NCBI GenBank assembly: GCA_000998275.1
Contig: LCDA01000001.1
Location: 30,684 to 94,683, forward strand
Direction: 5' to 3'
DNA from: Candidatus Collierbacteria bacterium GW2011_GWA2_42_17
GTDB lineage: Bacteria; Patescibacteriota; Microgenomatia; UBA1400; MFAQ01
DNA: 64,000 nucleotides
Made by a program: the position numbers and the translations under genes
Part shown: positions 1 through 9,715 of the stretch, piece by piece
How positions within the stretch are numbered: the first letter of the stretch is position 1
How the letters are laid out: each line of letters opens with the position of its first letter
Notes under the pieces: generated by a model
What the model saw: only the letters and a program-made list of their open reading frames with translations
What the model was told of the DNA's origin: nothing
Database searches by the model: none

Positions 1-23
1 GTTTGCCGTGATAAGATTTATGC

Positions 24-1484
24 GTGTATAGAAGGTTTTTATTACCGGACGAATTAATTTTACTTCCTCATGAACTGAAGCGGGTGATGAGTGAGTTTAT
101 TGCTGGTGGTTTTGAGATCTATTTGGTTGGTGGTGGTGTCCGAAATATCTTGATGGAAAAAATACCGGAGAACTGCGACCTGACCACAAACGCAACTCCA
201 GAACAAAGTTTGAAAGTTTTGGAAAAATACGACCCGTTTTACAACAATGATTTTGGGACCGTGTCGTACGAAGTGAAGGTTGACGGGAAAAAAGAACTTT
301 ATGAGGTGACAACTTATCGATCAGAAAAAGAATACTCTGATTTTCGTCGTCCGGACAATGTGAGCTGGGGTAAAACTTTGGAAGAAGATGTAACTCGTCG
401 AGATTTTACGGTGAATGCTTTGGTGATTGGCCAAAAGGACGGAAAATACGAGTTGATTGATTTGGTCAATGGACTGGAGGACTTTGAAAAAGGTTTAATT
501 CGGGCGGTAGGAAACCCCGAAAAACGCTTTGGGGAAGATGCTTTGAGAATGATGAGGGCAATTCGCTTTGCGGCCAGACTGGGGTTTGTGATCGAAGAAG
601 AGACATTAAAGGCGATTACCATAAAAGCACCTCTTCTTGAAAAGATAAGTAAAGAGAGGGTTCGCGATGAACTTTTGAAAATTATCGGCTCGAACTATCC
701 GGCGGATGGAGTGTCTCTTTTGATTTCGACCGGATTAATGGAGCAGATAATGCCTGAGGTATTAGAGGGACGTGGAGTGACGCAGGGGGGGCACCATACA
801 TTGACTGTCCTGGATCATATGATCGAGTGTTTACGAAACAGTTCTTCACCGGATCCGATTGTACGCTTTGCCACTTTTATCCATGATGTAGGAAAACCAA
901 GAAGTCAAAGATACAAGTGTCGAAAGTGTGGAAAAATGTTTAGAGATCTGGCCGAAGAGATGACGATGTGCGCAAACTGTGGTTTTGAACAGCCGACAAG
1001 AGGAATGATTACCTTTTATGGACATGAGGTGATCGGTGCCAGAATGGCGAAAGAAATATGTGACAGGCTGAGATTTACAAACAAACAGACGGAAAAAATC
1101 GTGACTCTGGTGAGAATGCACATGTTTGCATATCAACCGGAGATGACGGACGCGGCCATTCGAAGAATCATTAGAAAAGTGGGCAAGGAAAATATTGCCG
1201 ACATGGTGCTTTTACGTATTGCCGACCGAAAAGGAAGCGGAAGCAAAACTACCAGCTGGAGATTTATGGAGTTGCAGAAGCGAATTGGGGAACAACTTTT
1301 TGAACCAATGGAAATAAATGATATGGCGGTTAATGGACGGGACGTGATGGAGGTATTAAATGTTTCCCCCGGTCCAGTCATTGGTAAAGTACTGAAGGAA
1401 TTATTTGAGGAAGTTTTGGAAGACACGAGTAAAAACAACAAGGAGTATCTACTTTCACGAATTAAAGAGGTAGCTAAAGAATAG
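24..1484 (+). CDS. cca: CCA tRNA nucleotidyltransferase with HD domain
   Basis: YLVGGGVR, DLTTNATPE, RRDFTVNA, RFGEDALRMMRAIRFAARLGF, HDVGKP and FYGHE motifs; GTG start uncertain. Confidence 0.9.
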   Translation: MYRRFLLPDELILLPHELKRVMSEFIAGGFEIYLVGGGVRNILMEKIPENCDLTTNATPEQSLKVLEKYDPFYNNDFGTVSYEVKVDGKKELYEVTTYRSEKEYSDFRRPDNVSWGKTLEEDVTRRDFTVNALVIGQKDGKYELIDLVNGLEDFEKGLIRAVGNPEKRFGEDALRMMRAIRFAARLGFVIEEETLKAITIKAPLLEKISKERVRDELLKIIGSNYPADGVSLLISTGLMEQIMPEVLEGRGVTQGGHHTLTVLDHMIECLRNSSSPDPIVRFATFIHDVGKPRSQRYKCRKCGKMFRDLAEEMTMCANCGFEQPTRGMITFYGHEVIGARMAKEICDRLRFTNKQTEKIVTLVRMHMFAYQPEMTDAAIRRIIRKVGKENIADMVLLRIADRKGSGSKTTSWRFMELQKRIGEQLFEPMEINDMAVNGRDVMEVLNVSPGPVIGKVLKELFEEVLEDTSKNNKEYLLSRIKEVAKE

Positions 1485-1485
1485 C

Positions 1486-2343
1486 TTACCTATTTTTGGC
1501 AAAAATATTGTTCCAGACGATAAGAAGCGGGGCGGCAGTAAAGGTGGATGAATAAGTGCCGGTAACTGTTCCGATAAGAAGAGCCAGAGAGAAGAATTTG
1601 GTAGTTTCTCCACCAATAAGGAAAAGGGCAATAAGCATGAAAATAATGGTGAGGGAGTTGTTTAATGAACGGACCATGGTCTCGGTGACGGCTTGATTAA
1701 CCAAAGTAACGTATTCAATTCCTTTATTTTTATGGGAAAGCTCACGAATACGGTCGAAGACAACAATCGTGTCGTGGACGGAGAAGGAAAGTATGGTAAG
1801 AACGGCGGTGACAAAAAGAAGGTCAATCTCTACCCCAAAAAAGTGCCCGAGAAGACTGAAACTCCCCAGAAGAACGATCGTGTCGTGAAACATGGCAATA
1901 AGGGCGCAAACACCGTATTTGAGCTGTTTGAAGGCGAAGCTGATATAGAGAAGAAGCATTACACTGGCGATAATCAACGCGCTGATAGTCTTTTTGATGG
2001 TTTCTTTTCCGAGAGCGGCACCAATACTTTCGAAACCGGTAATTTTGATTTCGGGGTTGTCTTTTTTTAGGGTATCAATGGCTTTCTGGGCGGTGTCTTG
2101 AGAAATATTTTTAGTTTTTAGGGTGACGGAGTTTGGGGTCGAGTCTTCAAGAGATGGTGTGTATTCTTCAAAAGATTGAAGAATAATATCGGGTGAAGAT
2201 ATTGTGTTTTCAATAGTAAGCCGAGTACCACCGGTAAACTCGATAGAGGGTTTAAATCCGTAACGGACAAGAGAATAAATTCCCGGAACAATGATAAGAG
2301 AAGAAATCAAAAAGTAGATAGAGAGGTGCTTCATCCAGTTCAT
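1486..2343 (-). CDS. secF: Protein translocase subunit SecF
   Basis: IEFTGGT, HDTIVVFDRIRE, TGTYSS motifs; follows secD. Confidence 0.95.
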   Translation of the reverse strand: MNWMKHLSIYFLISSLIIVPGIYSLVRYGFKPSIEFTGGTRLTIENTISSPDIILQSFEEYTPSLEDSTPNSVTLKTKNISQDTAQKAIDTLKKDNPEIKITGFESIGAALGKETIKKTISALIIASVMLLLYISFAFKQLKYGVCALIAMFHDTIVLLGSFSLLGHFFGVEIDLLFVTAVLTILSFSVHDTIVVFDRIRELSHKNKGIEYVTLVNQAVTETMVRSLNNSLTIIFMLIALFLIGGETTKFFSLALLIGTVTGTYSSTFTAAPLLIVWNNIFAKNR

Positions 2344-2344
2344 A

Positions 2345-3697
2345 TTATTTAGATTTTTGTTTTTTGATTTCTAAAGTTTTACCTTTATAAAAAAGGCGGA
2401 GGAGATTTCTCGTGACTACAATACCGGTAAAAAGAGAGATTAAAATACCAAGAATAAGGGTTAGAGCAAATCCACGAACGGCTCCGGAGGTATTCAAAAA
2501 ATTCCAGTTTAACGGATTAAAAAGAATAAAACCGGTGATGATGGTGGCCGTGTTGGCGTCTTTAATACTGTCCCAAGCGCGACCGAAGGCAAGTTCAAGG
2601 GCAACAGGCCAGGTGCGACCTGCCCTGATCTCTTCTTTGTAGCGCTCAAAAACGAGAATGTTGGAGTCGACGGCCATACCGACGGAAAGTAAGAAACCGG
2701 CAATGCCAGGAAGACTGAGGAAAACCGAGAAAAGTTTGTAAAGGGTGAGAGTAAATAAACCGTAGAGGACCAAACCAATGGAAGCAATGAGCCCCATCCA
2801 GCCGTAGTTACCAATCATGAAGAGGACAACCATAGAAAGGCCAATGACTCCGGCAGTGATACTTTTCTCGATGGAGTCCGCACCTAAGGTAGCGGGGATG
2901 TTTTTTTGGCTTAAGACGCTGACCGGAACAGGAAGAGCGCCGGCGTTTAGCTGAACTGCTAAAGCCTTGGCTTCGTCAATGGAGTTGCTCCCTGTTATTT
3001 GAGCTCTGCCATCCGGAATTTCAACCTGAACCGTGGGCATAGTAACAGGATAATCGTCAAGAAGAATAGCTATTTGTTTACCGATGTTTTCTTTGGTGAG
3101 TTTAGCAAACTTGGCCTTACCGGAGTCTTTGAAGACAATATCAACTACCGGCTGACCATTAGAGGAATCGAAAGTTGCCGTCGCTCGAGCAAGATCGGCA
3201 CCGGTCAGATCCGTTAGGACAAAGTCCGAGAGAGTGGCGGCATCGGTTGCGGTTTTACCTTCGATGTAGACAGGAAGAGCAAACTCCATCTTGGCTGTTT
3301 GACCAATAAGGGCAAGCGCTTGCTCCGGGTTGGAGATGCCGGGAAGCTCAAGAATGAGGCGATAATCATTGCCAGAAATAGCGGTTTTTATGCCGGATTC
3401 GGAGACCCCAAAAAAGTCAATACGTCGTCCGATGTTGGTTTTGAGTGATTCTAGCGCTGTAATGCGATCTTCCGATTTGATTTCCTGCATGTCGGCAGTG
3501 AGAGTAACCTGGAGACCTCCTTTGATATCAAGGCCTTGTTTTAACTCGATTTCTTGGGAAAGATCGAGGCTGCCAATTTTGAAATTAAGGCGTGGAACGG
3601 AGAAATTAAAGATTTTGGCTGGAAGAACTAGATACAGAGAAAGAAGACTGATGGCGCAGATAAAGATAAAGACCTTTTGGGGTTTTGAAAGAGTCAT
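2345..3697 (-). CDS. secD: Protein translocase subunit SecD
   Basis: LKQGLDIKGG, GMAVDSNILVFERYKEE, VRGFALTL. Confidence 0.95.
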   Translation of the reverse strand: MTLSKPQKVFIFICAISLLSLYLVLPAKIFNFSVPRLNFKIGSLDLSQEIELKQGLDIKGGLQVTLTADMQEIKSEDRITALESLKTNIGRRIDFFGVSESGIKTAISGNDYRLILELPGISNPEQALALIGQTAKMEFALPVYIEGKTATDAATLSDFVLTDLTGADLARATATFDSSNGQPVVDIVFKDSGKAKFAKLTKENIGKQIAILLDDYPVTMPTVQVEIPDGRAQITGSNSIDEAKALAVQLNAGALPVPVSVLSQKNIPATLGADSIEKSITAGVIGLSMVVLFMIGNYGWMGLIASIGLVLYGLFTLTLYKLFSVFLSLPGIAGFLLSVGMAVDSNILVFERYKEEIRAGRTWPVALELAFGRAWDSIKDANTATIITGFILFNPLNWNFLNTSGAVRGFALTLILGILISLFTGIVVTRNLLRLFYKGKTLEIKKQKSK

Positions 3698-3706
3698 ATG
3701 AATAAG

Positions 3707-3910
3707 TTATAGATGTTTTTTGTTTCTGGCGTGAGGAGAAAGACCGAGACTTAACTGATGGCTGTCGACAAAATCAATCGCAAGAGAGTTATTTAACTCT
3801 CTTTTGACATCAACCTGATCACCAGGTTTTAAAGAAAGGTCTTTCACCAGATTTGAAGGAATGGTAATTCCAAGTGAGTTGCCAACTTTGAGAATTTTTT
3901 GGATAGCCAT
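3707..3910 (-). CDS. AbrB/MazE/SpoVT-family DNA-binding protein
   Basis: KILKVGNSLGITIP...LKPGDQV swapped-hairpin signature. Confidence 0.85.
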   Translation of the reverse strand: MAIQKILKVGNSLGITIPSNLVKDLSLKPGDQVDVKRELNNSLAIDFVDSHQLSLGLSPHARNKKHL

Positions 3911-4491
3911 TAGCCTAGTAACTGGATTTCGTCTCCGATGAGAGTGACACGGGGCTGAAGGAGAACTTTGATAATAAAGGGATCTTGATGACTTTTTCGA
4001 TAGTTGAACTCGTCTTCAGTCATACAGGAGTAATTTATTTCGGTGTTTAGCAGTTTCTCGGCGGATTTTACCAGGATAGCGACTTGGGGCATAATAATTT
4101 TGCCGATAATCATGAGATCAACTTCTTCCGGATCCCGCTTTAGACCACGAGCAAGTTTTTGGGAGATGAAAGAAAATTTAACAAAACCAAGTTTACTTTT
4201 GTTTTTGAGGACAAGTTTGCCAAGACCGGTGGATTTGGAAACTAAGTTTGAAAGCTCCGGGTAGATAGAAAAGGTAGTCTTAACGGAGTAGTAAAGGCGG
4301 TTACCACGTTTTTCGCTTTTGAGAAGACCGGCTTTTTGGAGATGGTCGAGTTCGCGCCTGACCGCATTAATCTCTTCTTTAGTAGCTCTGGTTAACTCAC
4401 GAACATAAAACATGTTTTTGGAGTCCGAAAGAAAGATCTTTAGGAGCTTAACTCTTACCTTGGAAATGATTAAGTCTGATAATTTGGCCAT
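3910..4491 (-). CDS. Winged-helix transcriptional regulator with nucleotidyltransferase-like C-terminal domain
   Basis: FYVRELTR...INAVRRELDHL...GLL...GNRLYY wHTH; EVDLMIIG. Confidence 0.7.
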   Translation of the reverse strand: MAKLSDLIISKVRVKLLKIFLSDSKNMFYVRELTRATKEEINAVRRELDHLQKAGLLKSEKRGNRLYYSVKTTFSIYPELSNLVSKSTGLGKLVLKNKSKLGFVKFSFISQKLARGLKRDPEEVDLMIIGKIIMPQVAILVKSAEKLLNTEINYSCMTEDEFNYRKSHQDPFIIKVLLQPRVTLIGDEIQLLG

Positions 4492-4515
4492 ATATTTGGG
4501 GCAGGCCTAATATCC

Positions 4516-5733
4516 TTAATTGTATACGACTTTGTTGCCAATGGGTAATATTTCTACCCAGATATTGCCAGGAACAAAAACAATCTCTTTGCCGGCTTTG
4601 TCGGTAAAGATGGTGCGATCTTTCTGTTTGGCTTTTTTCCAAGTAACTTCTACCGCTACGCCATTCTGGAAGACGTAACCAGTTCCGGAACCGATGATAT
4701 CGTAGTACAGGTGTTTACCATAGTCGCCGAGTTCGGTTTCTTTGGCAAACTGGACGATGACGTTTGAGGCAGATAATTGCTGTTTGGTGTCGAGATCGGT
4801 GTGGGCTGTACCACCATTGAAACGGAGATAGGTTTTACTCACGGAGTCATATTTCCACTCAACGGAAAACTCGGAATAGTTTTTCCAGAACTCAAACTTA
4901 ACATCGGTTGCCGGAGTTCCGGAAACGACTAAGTCCGAATTAGTTTTCCACGCCGTGAATCCTGACAGCCAGGGTTTGTCGTTGGGCATTTTGGCAGTGT
5001 AACCTCTTTTTTCGGCTTCTTTCCAAGCATAAGGTAAGTAACCGACATAAGTGTGTTCGGTGGCGATTGTGGCGGCAGTACCAAGTCTGTCGTAGTCTCT
5101 TTTCATGACAGGGATGCCGATGTCTCCGATGGTGTCAAAATCATTACCACCTGGTTTTCTCCAGCCAAGTTTAGCGAGCTCTTCTATGGCAAAAGCTTTG
5201 GGGTTAGAAACACATTGACCGGAAGCTTCGTCACGTCCGCAGTTGGCACCGCCAACGTGCATATAGATAGGGGTGTTGTACTCGGTAGCAAGATTTACAA
5301 AATAAATACGGGCAGATCTGACTGGAGCAACTCTCATGGTGTCGGATTGTGCACCGCAGTAAAAGACACCCATAAAACGAGTAATACCACCTTCGGCAAC
5401 AGCTTCGTAAACAATATCGGCCGAAGATAAACCGGATTGAGGTCTGACTGAAGCGTCATTTTCGATCATAGCCAAAATGGGGCGACGTGTTTCCCAGAGA
5501 GCTTTTTCGGATTTACTGTAGAGCTTGCCATTTAAAGGACAGGCTTCGGTTTTGGGTTCGTTGGCAAATTGGCCAAAACCGGTGGATTTTATGCCAGTTT
5601 CTTCTTCTATCTTGGGAGAGATCAAAACTCCGCCTGAAGCAGGTACGATGGCATAAGCAACTCCTCCGGAGACCAGAAAAGTGACTATCAGACCAATAAT
5701 TGTTTTGAGGGAGAATAATTTTACTGAGGACAT
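4516..5733 (-). CDS. DUF3048 (YerB-like) membrane-anchored protein
   Basis: N-terminal TM; RPILAMIEN, RPQSGLSSADIVYEAVAEGGITRF, PVRSAR, PGNIWVEI. Confidence 0.85.
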   Translation of the reverse strand: MSSVKLFSLKTIIGLIVTFLVSGGVAYAIVPASGGVLISPKIEEETGIKSTGFGQFANEPKTEACPLNGKLYSKSEKALWETRRPILAMIENDASVRPQSGLSSADIVYEAVAEGGITRFMGVFYCGAQSDTMRVAPVRSARIYFVNLATEYNTPIYMHVGGANCGRDEASGQCVSNPKAFAIEELAKLGWRKPGGNDFDTIGDIGIPVMKRDYDRLGTAATIATEHTYVGYLPYAWKEAEKRGYTAKMPNDKPWLSGFTAWKTNSDLVVSGTPATDVKFEFWKNYSEFSVEWKYDSVSKTYLRFNGGTAHTDLDTKQQLSASNVIVQFAKETELGDYGKHLYYDIIGSGTGYVFQNGVAVEVTWKKAKQKDRTIFTDKAGKEIVFVPGNIWVEILPIGNKVVYN

Positions 5734-5736
5734 GAA

Positions 5737-6195
5737 TTATTTTAAAGCTTGTTTGATAACTTCTTGTTCTTCGCTACTTAAAGTTTGAGCACTGACTTTG
5801 CCACCGTGGACTTTTTTGGCATAAAGGCGCGTATTTTCGCGACTATGTAATGAGCTTATCATAATACCGTCCCCCAAGTCATCCAAAAGGGCTGCCGTAA
5901 AGCTTTGATCTCCGCCGGTATCGGTGAAAGGGTTATAGCGTTTGAATCCAATTTTTTGAAGATGTTTTTTGTTTTCGTTAATTTCATAGTTTAGCTTTTC
6001 AGTGAGGAGCTCAATATCTTTGGCGTTTCTCTCCGAAGTTGAAATTAGGTGATTGAGAGAAGAGATAAGATCTTTTTTGGAAACATTAGCCGTAAGATTT
6101 TTGTAGTGAAGAAGCATCCTGGTCAACAGGACGGTAATGATAACTAGCCATAAGGCAACTGCCCCGTAAATATAAATTGTTGGTATCATAGACAT
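5737..6195 (-). CDS. DUF4446-family membrane protein
   Basis: N-terminal TM; QKIGFKRYNPFTDTGGDQSF...SSLHSRENTRLYAK. Confidence 0.85.
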   Translation of the reverse strand: MSMIPTIYIYGAVALWLVIITVLLTRMLLHYKNLTANVSKKDLISSLNHLISTSERNAKDIELLTEKLNYEINENKKHLQKIGFKRYNPFTDTGGDQSFTAALLDDLGDGIMISSLHSRENTRLYAKKVHGGKVSAQTLSSEEQEVIKQALK

Positions 6196-6218
6196 ATTAA
6201 GTTTACTATACTCGACCC

Positions 6219-6461
6219 ATGTCCAAACAAAGAAAAACTAGAAAAGAAAAAGTCAGAAGTGAGATTCGCCAAAAAGAGCGTGAGTCGTTTCAGGTTAAGG
6301 CTGAATGGCTTCAAACAGGCACAAAAAGCACTAAAACGGCAGTTGTTCTGGGAGAAACTGGAAAAAGATTCTTGAGATTGGACTTGACAAAGACTTTTCT
6401 TCTATCTATGCTTGTGCTAGCCTTGGAGTTAGCTTTGTGGCAGTATTTATCAAGGCACTAA
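6219..6461 (+). CDS. Small basic protein with C-terminal TM helix
   Basis: ORF with Lys/Arg-rich N-terminus and hydrophobic C-terminus; TATACT 6 nt before the ATG. Confidence 0.7.
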   Translation: MSKQRKTRKEKVRSEIRQKERESFQVKAEWLQTGTKSTKTAVVLGETGKRFLRLDLTKTFLLSMLVLALELALWQYLSRH

Positions 6462-6488
6462 CAAAAAGAAAGGGGGTGAACCAAGAAA

Positions 6489-6629
6489 ATGCAGATCTAT
6501 TGTGTAAAATGTAGAGCCAAAAGAGACGTTACCGAATTCGAAAGAGTTACTATGAAAAATGGTAAACCAGCCGTAAAAGCTGTTTGTCCAGTTTGTGGCA
6601 CCAAAATGTTCAAAATCGGCGCTAAGTAA
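6489..6629 (+). CDS. 46-aa zinc-ribbon protein (DUF5679-like), absent from ORF track
   Basis: Manual translation MQIYCVKCRAKRDVTEFERVTMKNGKPAVKAVCPVCGTKMFKIGAK; AAGGGGGTGA upstream; terminator downstream. Confidence 0.9.
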   Translation: MQIYCVKCRAKRDVTEFERVTMKNGKPAVKAVCPVCGTKMFKIGAK

Positions 6630-6639
6630 AAGCCGTCTT

Positions 6640-6675
6640 AAAACCCAAGAGAGAGAAATCTACCTTGGGTTTTTT
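6640..6675. terminator. Bidirectional intrinsic terminator
   Basis: AAAACCCAAG...CTTGGGTTTTTT between convergent genes. Confidence 0.7.
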
Positions 6676-6689
6676 GCTGAAAAAAGAGG

Positions 6690-7382
6690 TTATTTCTTTT
6701 TAAGATTTTTGTACCAACTTTCAAGGAGAGACTTGATCAGGTCTTTTGATCCAAGGCCTAGACTAATACCAATACCCAAGGCCAGAGCGGCGATAAAGCC
6801 GGTGAAGGTCGTCTCGATGAAAAAACGAGCAATACCAAGCTGGGAGATGGCGGCTAGAATAAAGAGGGTTAGAGTGGCGTAGCTAACTATCTTGCCAACC
6901 AAGCGGGAAAAGGCGGGGTCTTGAGAACCAAGAGAGCCTTTGACCATCTTTTCCAAGAAACCGGCAATAAAAATACCAACAGCGAGGATAATAATGGCAG
7001 CTACAAGAGTAGGAATTCCCAGGATGATGTTGTTGAGGAACTCACTGACTGAAGTAAGACCAAGAATATTGATACTGGCGATGAAAAACAGAATGATGAC
7101 TAACCAGTGAATAATCTCACCTATAATAATCTCAATTTTTTGAGTCATTTGGGCGTTTTTAAAAAACTCTTTGACGGCAGAATTTTTGATGTGTCCTCCA
7201 AGTTTGGTGAGATTGACAAGTTTGATGGTGAGGGTTTTTAACCAACCGGCGAGAATAAGACCCAGTAAAAACAAGACAATGGCTCCCAAGAGGCTGGGAA
7301 TAAAGCTAACGATACCAACCAAAACTTGGTTGAAGGCGTAAACGAGAGAGGTCTCAAAAGAATAAAAAACACTTGTGTTCAT
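6690..7382 (-). CDS. Mechanosensitive-channel-associated TM-helix protein (CmpX-like)
   Basis: Repeated P.L.GAI(I/V)L..G helices; C-terminal ALGIGISLGLGSKD. Confidence 0.75.
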   Translation of the reverse strand: MNTSVFYSFETSLVYAFNQVLVGIVSFIPSLLGAIVLFLLGLILAGWLKTLTIKLVNLTKLGGHIKNSAVKEFFKNAQMTQKIEIIIGEIIHWLVIILFFIASINILGLTSVSEFLNNIILGIPTLVAAIIILAVGIFIAGFLEKMVKGSLGSQDPAFSRLVGKIVSYATLTLFILAAISQLGIARFFIETTFTGFIAALALGIGISLGLGSKDLIKSLLESWYKNLKKK

Positions 7383-7477
7383 ATGTCTATCTTATAGAGA
7401 ATTTTTGTTTTGTCAACAAAAGGTCTTGGAGAACACCGAGTTGTGCAATACTATGGGTTTTACTATATAATAGTAGT

Positions 7478-7788
7478 ACTCCCGGGTGCTGGTGAGGAAT
7501 GCCCTACCGCAAGGTGGGGAGGAAAGTCCGGACAGCTAAAAGATAGGGTGGCCGAGGAAACTCGGTTCTTCTCGAGGTAACTCGAGAAGCGCGATAGGGC
7601 CACAGAGACGAATAAAGGTGAAACGCTCTTGGATACAAGAGATTGCTTAGAAGTAATTCTAAGCAAGTGGTAACCCGCCCCGCTGCAATCGACGAATTGG
7701 GATTAAGGTATCTTTTCCGTCCCAGAAGTCTCGAGCATTAGATAGATGTTCCTCCTAGACAGAATCCGGCTTACTATGACCCGGGAGT
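7478..7788 (+). ncRNA. rnpB: RNase P RNA
   Basis: GAGGAAAGTCCGG and ACAGAATCCGGCTTA conserved segments; P1 helix ACTCCCGGGT/ACCCGGGAGT; TATAAT at 7466-7471. Confidence 0.95.
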
Positions 7789-7798
7789 CCCGAAAGGG

Positions 7799-8794
7799 TT
7801 AATGAATCTCAGGAATGTTGGTGGTTTTGTTTACTTTAATGTGGGCGAGAATCACTCTGGCCGATAAGACAACGGGGAGCGAAAGGACGGCAAGTATTGG
7901 TCCGCCAAGCTTTAAACCAATCATGATGGCAAGAAGAGTAATTATCGGGTTTAGACCAGTGGCTTTTTGCATTACCTTGGGAACAATGAAGTTGTTTTCC
8001 AACTGCTGAACAATGATTGAGACGACTAGAGCACCAATTCCATGAGCGGGAGAGATCGAAAAACCGACAAGAACGGCGGGAATGGTCGCAATCGTGGGAC
8101 CGACATTAGGAACCAACTCCAAAATACCGGCGATAACACCAAGAGCAATTGCATATGGTAGGCCAACAATGATGTAACCTAGATAACTTAAGACACCAAC
8201 AATGAGCATTAAAAGAATTTCCCCCCGAATCCAACGTCCAATTTCGACTTCAAGTTTTTCGACAATTTGATAGTACTGATTACCTTTCTCGGACCACCAA
8301 AAAGTGAAGTAGCCTTTTAACTTATGCATCTCCTGAATCATGTAATAGCTGAGAACGATGACGGCGAAAATAGTGAGAAAACCGGAAAAGGTATCCGCGG
8401 CAATTTTGAAAACTTGGTTGGGAACTTGATAGATTTGAGTTGAAAATGAGTTGACGTCGAATTTTATGGGGCTAACAGTTTCAACAAGGGCGGGAAGTTT
8501 TTGAATGAACTGCTCTGTTTGGCTGAATAAAGGGGTGGCTACAGAAACCGCCAAAGTAATAATTAAACCAAAGAAAGTGAGAAGGATGACCATCGCGGAG
8601 AGCCCCCTCTTGATCTTAAATTTTTCGAACCAGTCGACAAGCGGACAGATGGCTAAAGTGATCAAAATTGCCGAAAAAATCAAAACAACTATATCTAGAA
8701 GCTGGACGATACTAAAAACAATGGCGAGGGAAAATAAAACCCAGATAATACTGGCAATGGAAAGGTCGAAGATGATACGTCTTTTTTTAAGCAT
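7799..8794 (-). CDS. AI-2E (PerM) family transporter
   Basis: Multiple TMs; ELVPNVGP, QQLENNFIVPKVM, GLNP. Confidence 0.9.
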   Translation of the reverse strand: MLKKRRIIFDLSIASIIWVLFSLAIVFSIVQLLDIVVLIFSAILITLAICPLVDWFEKFKIKRGLSAMVILLTFFGLIITLAVSVATPLFSQTEQFIQKLPALVETVSPIKFDVNSFSTQIYQVPNQVFKIAADTFSGFLTIFAVIVLSYYMIQEMHKLKGYFTFWWSEKGNQYYQIVEKLEVEIGRWIRGEILLMLIVGVLSYLGYIIVGLPYAIALGVIAGILELVPNVGPTIATIPAVLVGFSISPAHGIGALVVSIIVQQLENNFIVPKVMQKATGLNPIITLLAIMIGLKLGGPILAVLSLPVVLSARVILAHIKVNKTTNIPEIH

Positions 8795-8795
8795 T

Positions 8796-9713
8796 TTATT
8801 GATATATTTTTTTCAACTGACTAACTAGCAAAGTCTTGTCAGTACTTTTATCATACCAAACAATACCTGGTTGTTTTTTAAACCAGACAATTTGTCTTCG
8901 GGAGTAATCTGTTTCAGCATTGGTCCACTCCTCAATTAACTGTTTTTGGGAGAGCTTTCCTTCCAAGAAAGAGATTATTTGTGAAACGCCCAGACTAGTG
9001 TAGATGGCTAGACTTCTATCGGGATATTTTTTAAGTAAAGCCCTGACTTCATCGATGGCTCCCTGCTCGATTCTTTCCAGGACACGATGGTGAATACTGG
9101 CTTTTAGAGTGTCTTTATCCGGAAGTAGTCCGATCCAGTAAAACGAGGTATCTTCGGTGGAAATATTAATATTAGGCGCGACGGTTTTTGATCGTGATAT
9201 TTCGATATACCGAATCAGTCGCCGTGGGTTCATTAAATCGGAGCGGTTAAGAGACGAGAATTTTTCAAGACTTTCTCTTTGGAGTAATTTTTGGAGTTTT
9301 TCAAGAGGTAGCTTTTCCAACTCTTCACGAAGAAGAAGGTTCGGTGGAATAGAGATGTTGGAAAGATTTTGAGTAAGAGCCTTTAAGTAGAGTCCGGTAC
9401 CACCCACAATAATTAAGGGGGTGTTTGATGATTTTGAATTTTTGATTAGTGTTTGCGAGTAACGAACAAAGTCGGCGAGGTTGGCTCGTTCATCAGGGGC
9501 AAATATATCGTGGCCAAATACTTTTATTCCCGACGGAAGGTCTAGAGGAATGTCTTTGCCGGTGATTAGATCAAGGTCTTGGTATACCTGTCTTGAATCA
9601 ACGGATAGGATGTTGGCTTTTTTTAACTCTTTGGCCAATTGAAGAGCCAAATCTGTTTTACCCGAGGCGGTCGGACCGCAGATAACAATTATTTTTTGTT
9701 TATTATTCCTCAT
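8796..9713 (-). CDS. miaA: tRNA dimethylallyltransferase
   Basis: GPTASGKT, DSRQVY, VGGTGLY, YSRRQIVWF. Confidence 0.95.
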   Translation of the reverse strand: MRNNKQKIIVICGPTASGKTDLALQLAKELKKANILSVDSRQVYQDLDLITGKDIPLDLPSGIKVFGHDIFAPDERANLADFVRYSQTLIKNSKSSNTPLIIVGGTGLYLKALTQNLSNISIPPNLLLREELEKLPLEKLQKLLQRESLEKFSSLNRSDLMNPRRLIRYIEISRSKTVAPNINISTEDTSFYWIGLLPDKDTLKASIHHRVLERIEQGAIDEVRALLKKYPDRSLAIYTSLGVSQIISFLEGKLSQKQLIEEWTNAETDYSRRQIVWFKKQPGIVWYDKSTDKTLLVSQLKKIYQ

Positions 9714-9715
9714 AT

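Noticed and set aside
6595-6882. 95-aa + strand ORF
   Set aside because: Overlaps the real 46-aa gene, a terminator and the antisense of the membrane protein gene
7463-7666. 67-aa minus-strand ORF
   Set aside because: Antisense to RNase P RNA
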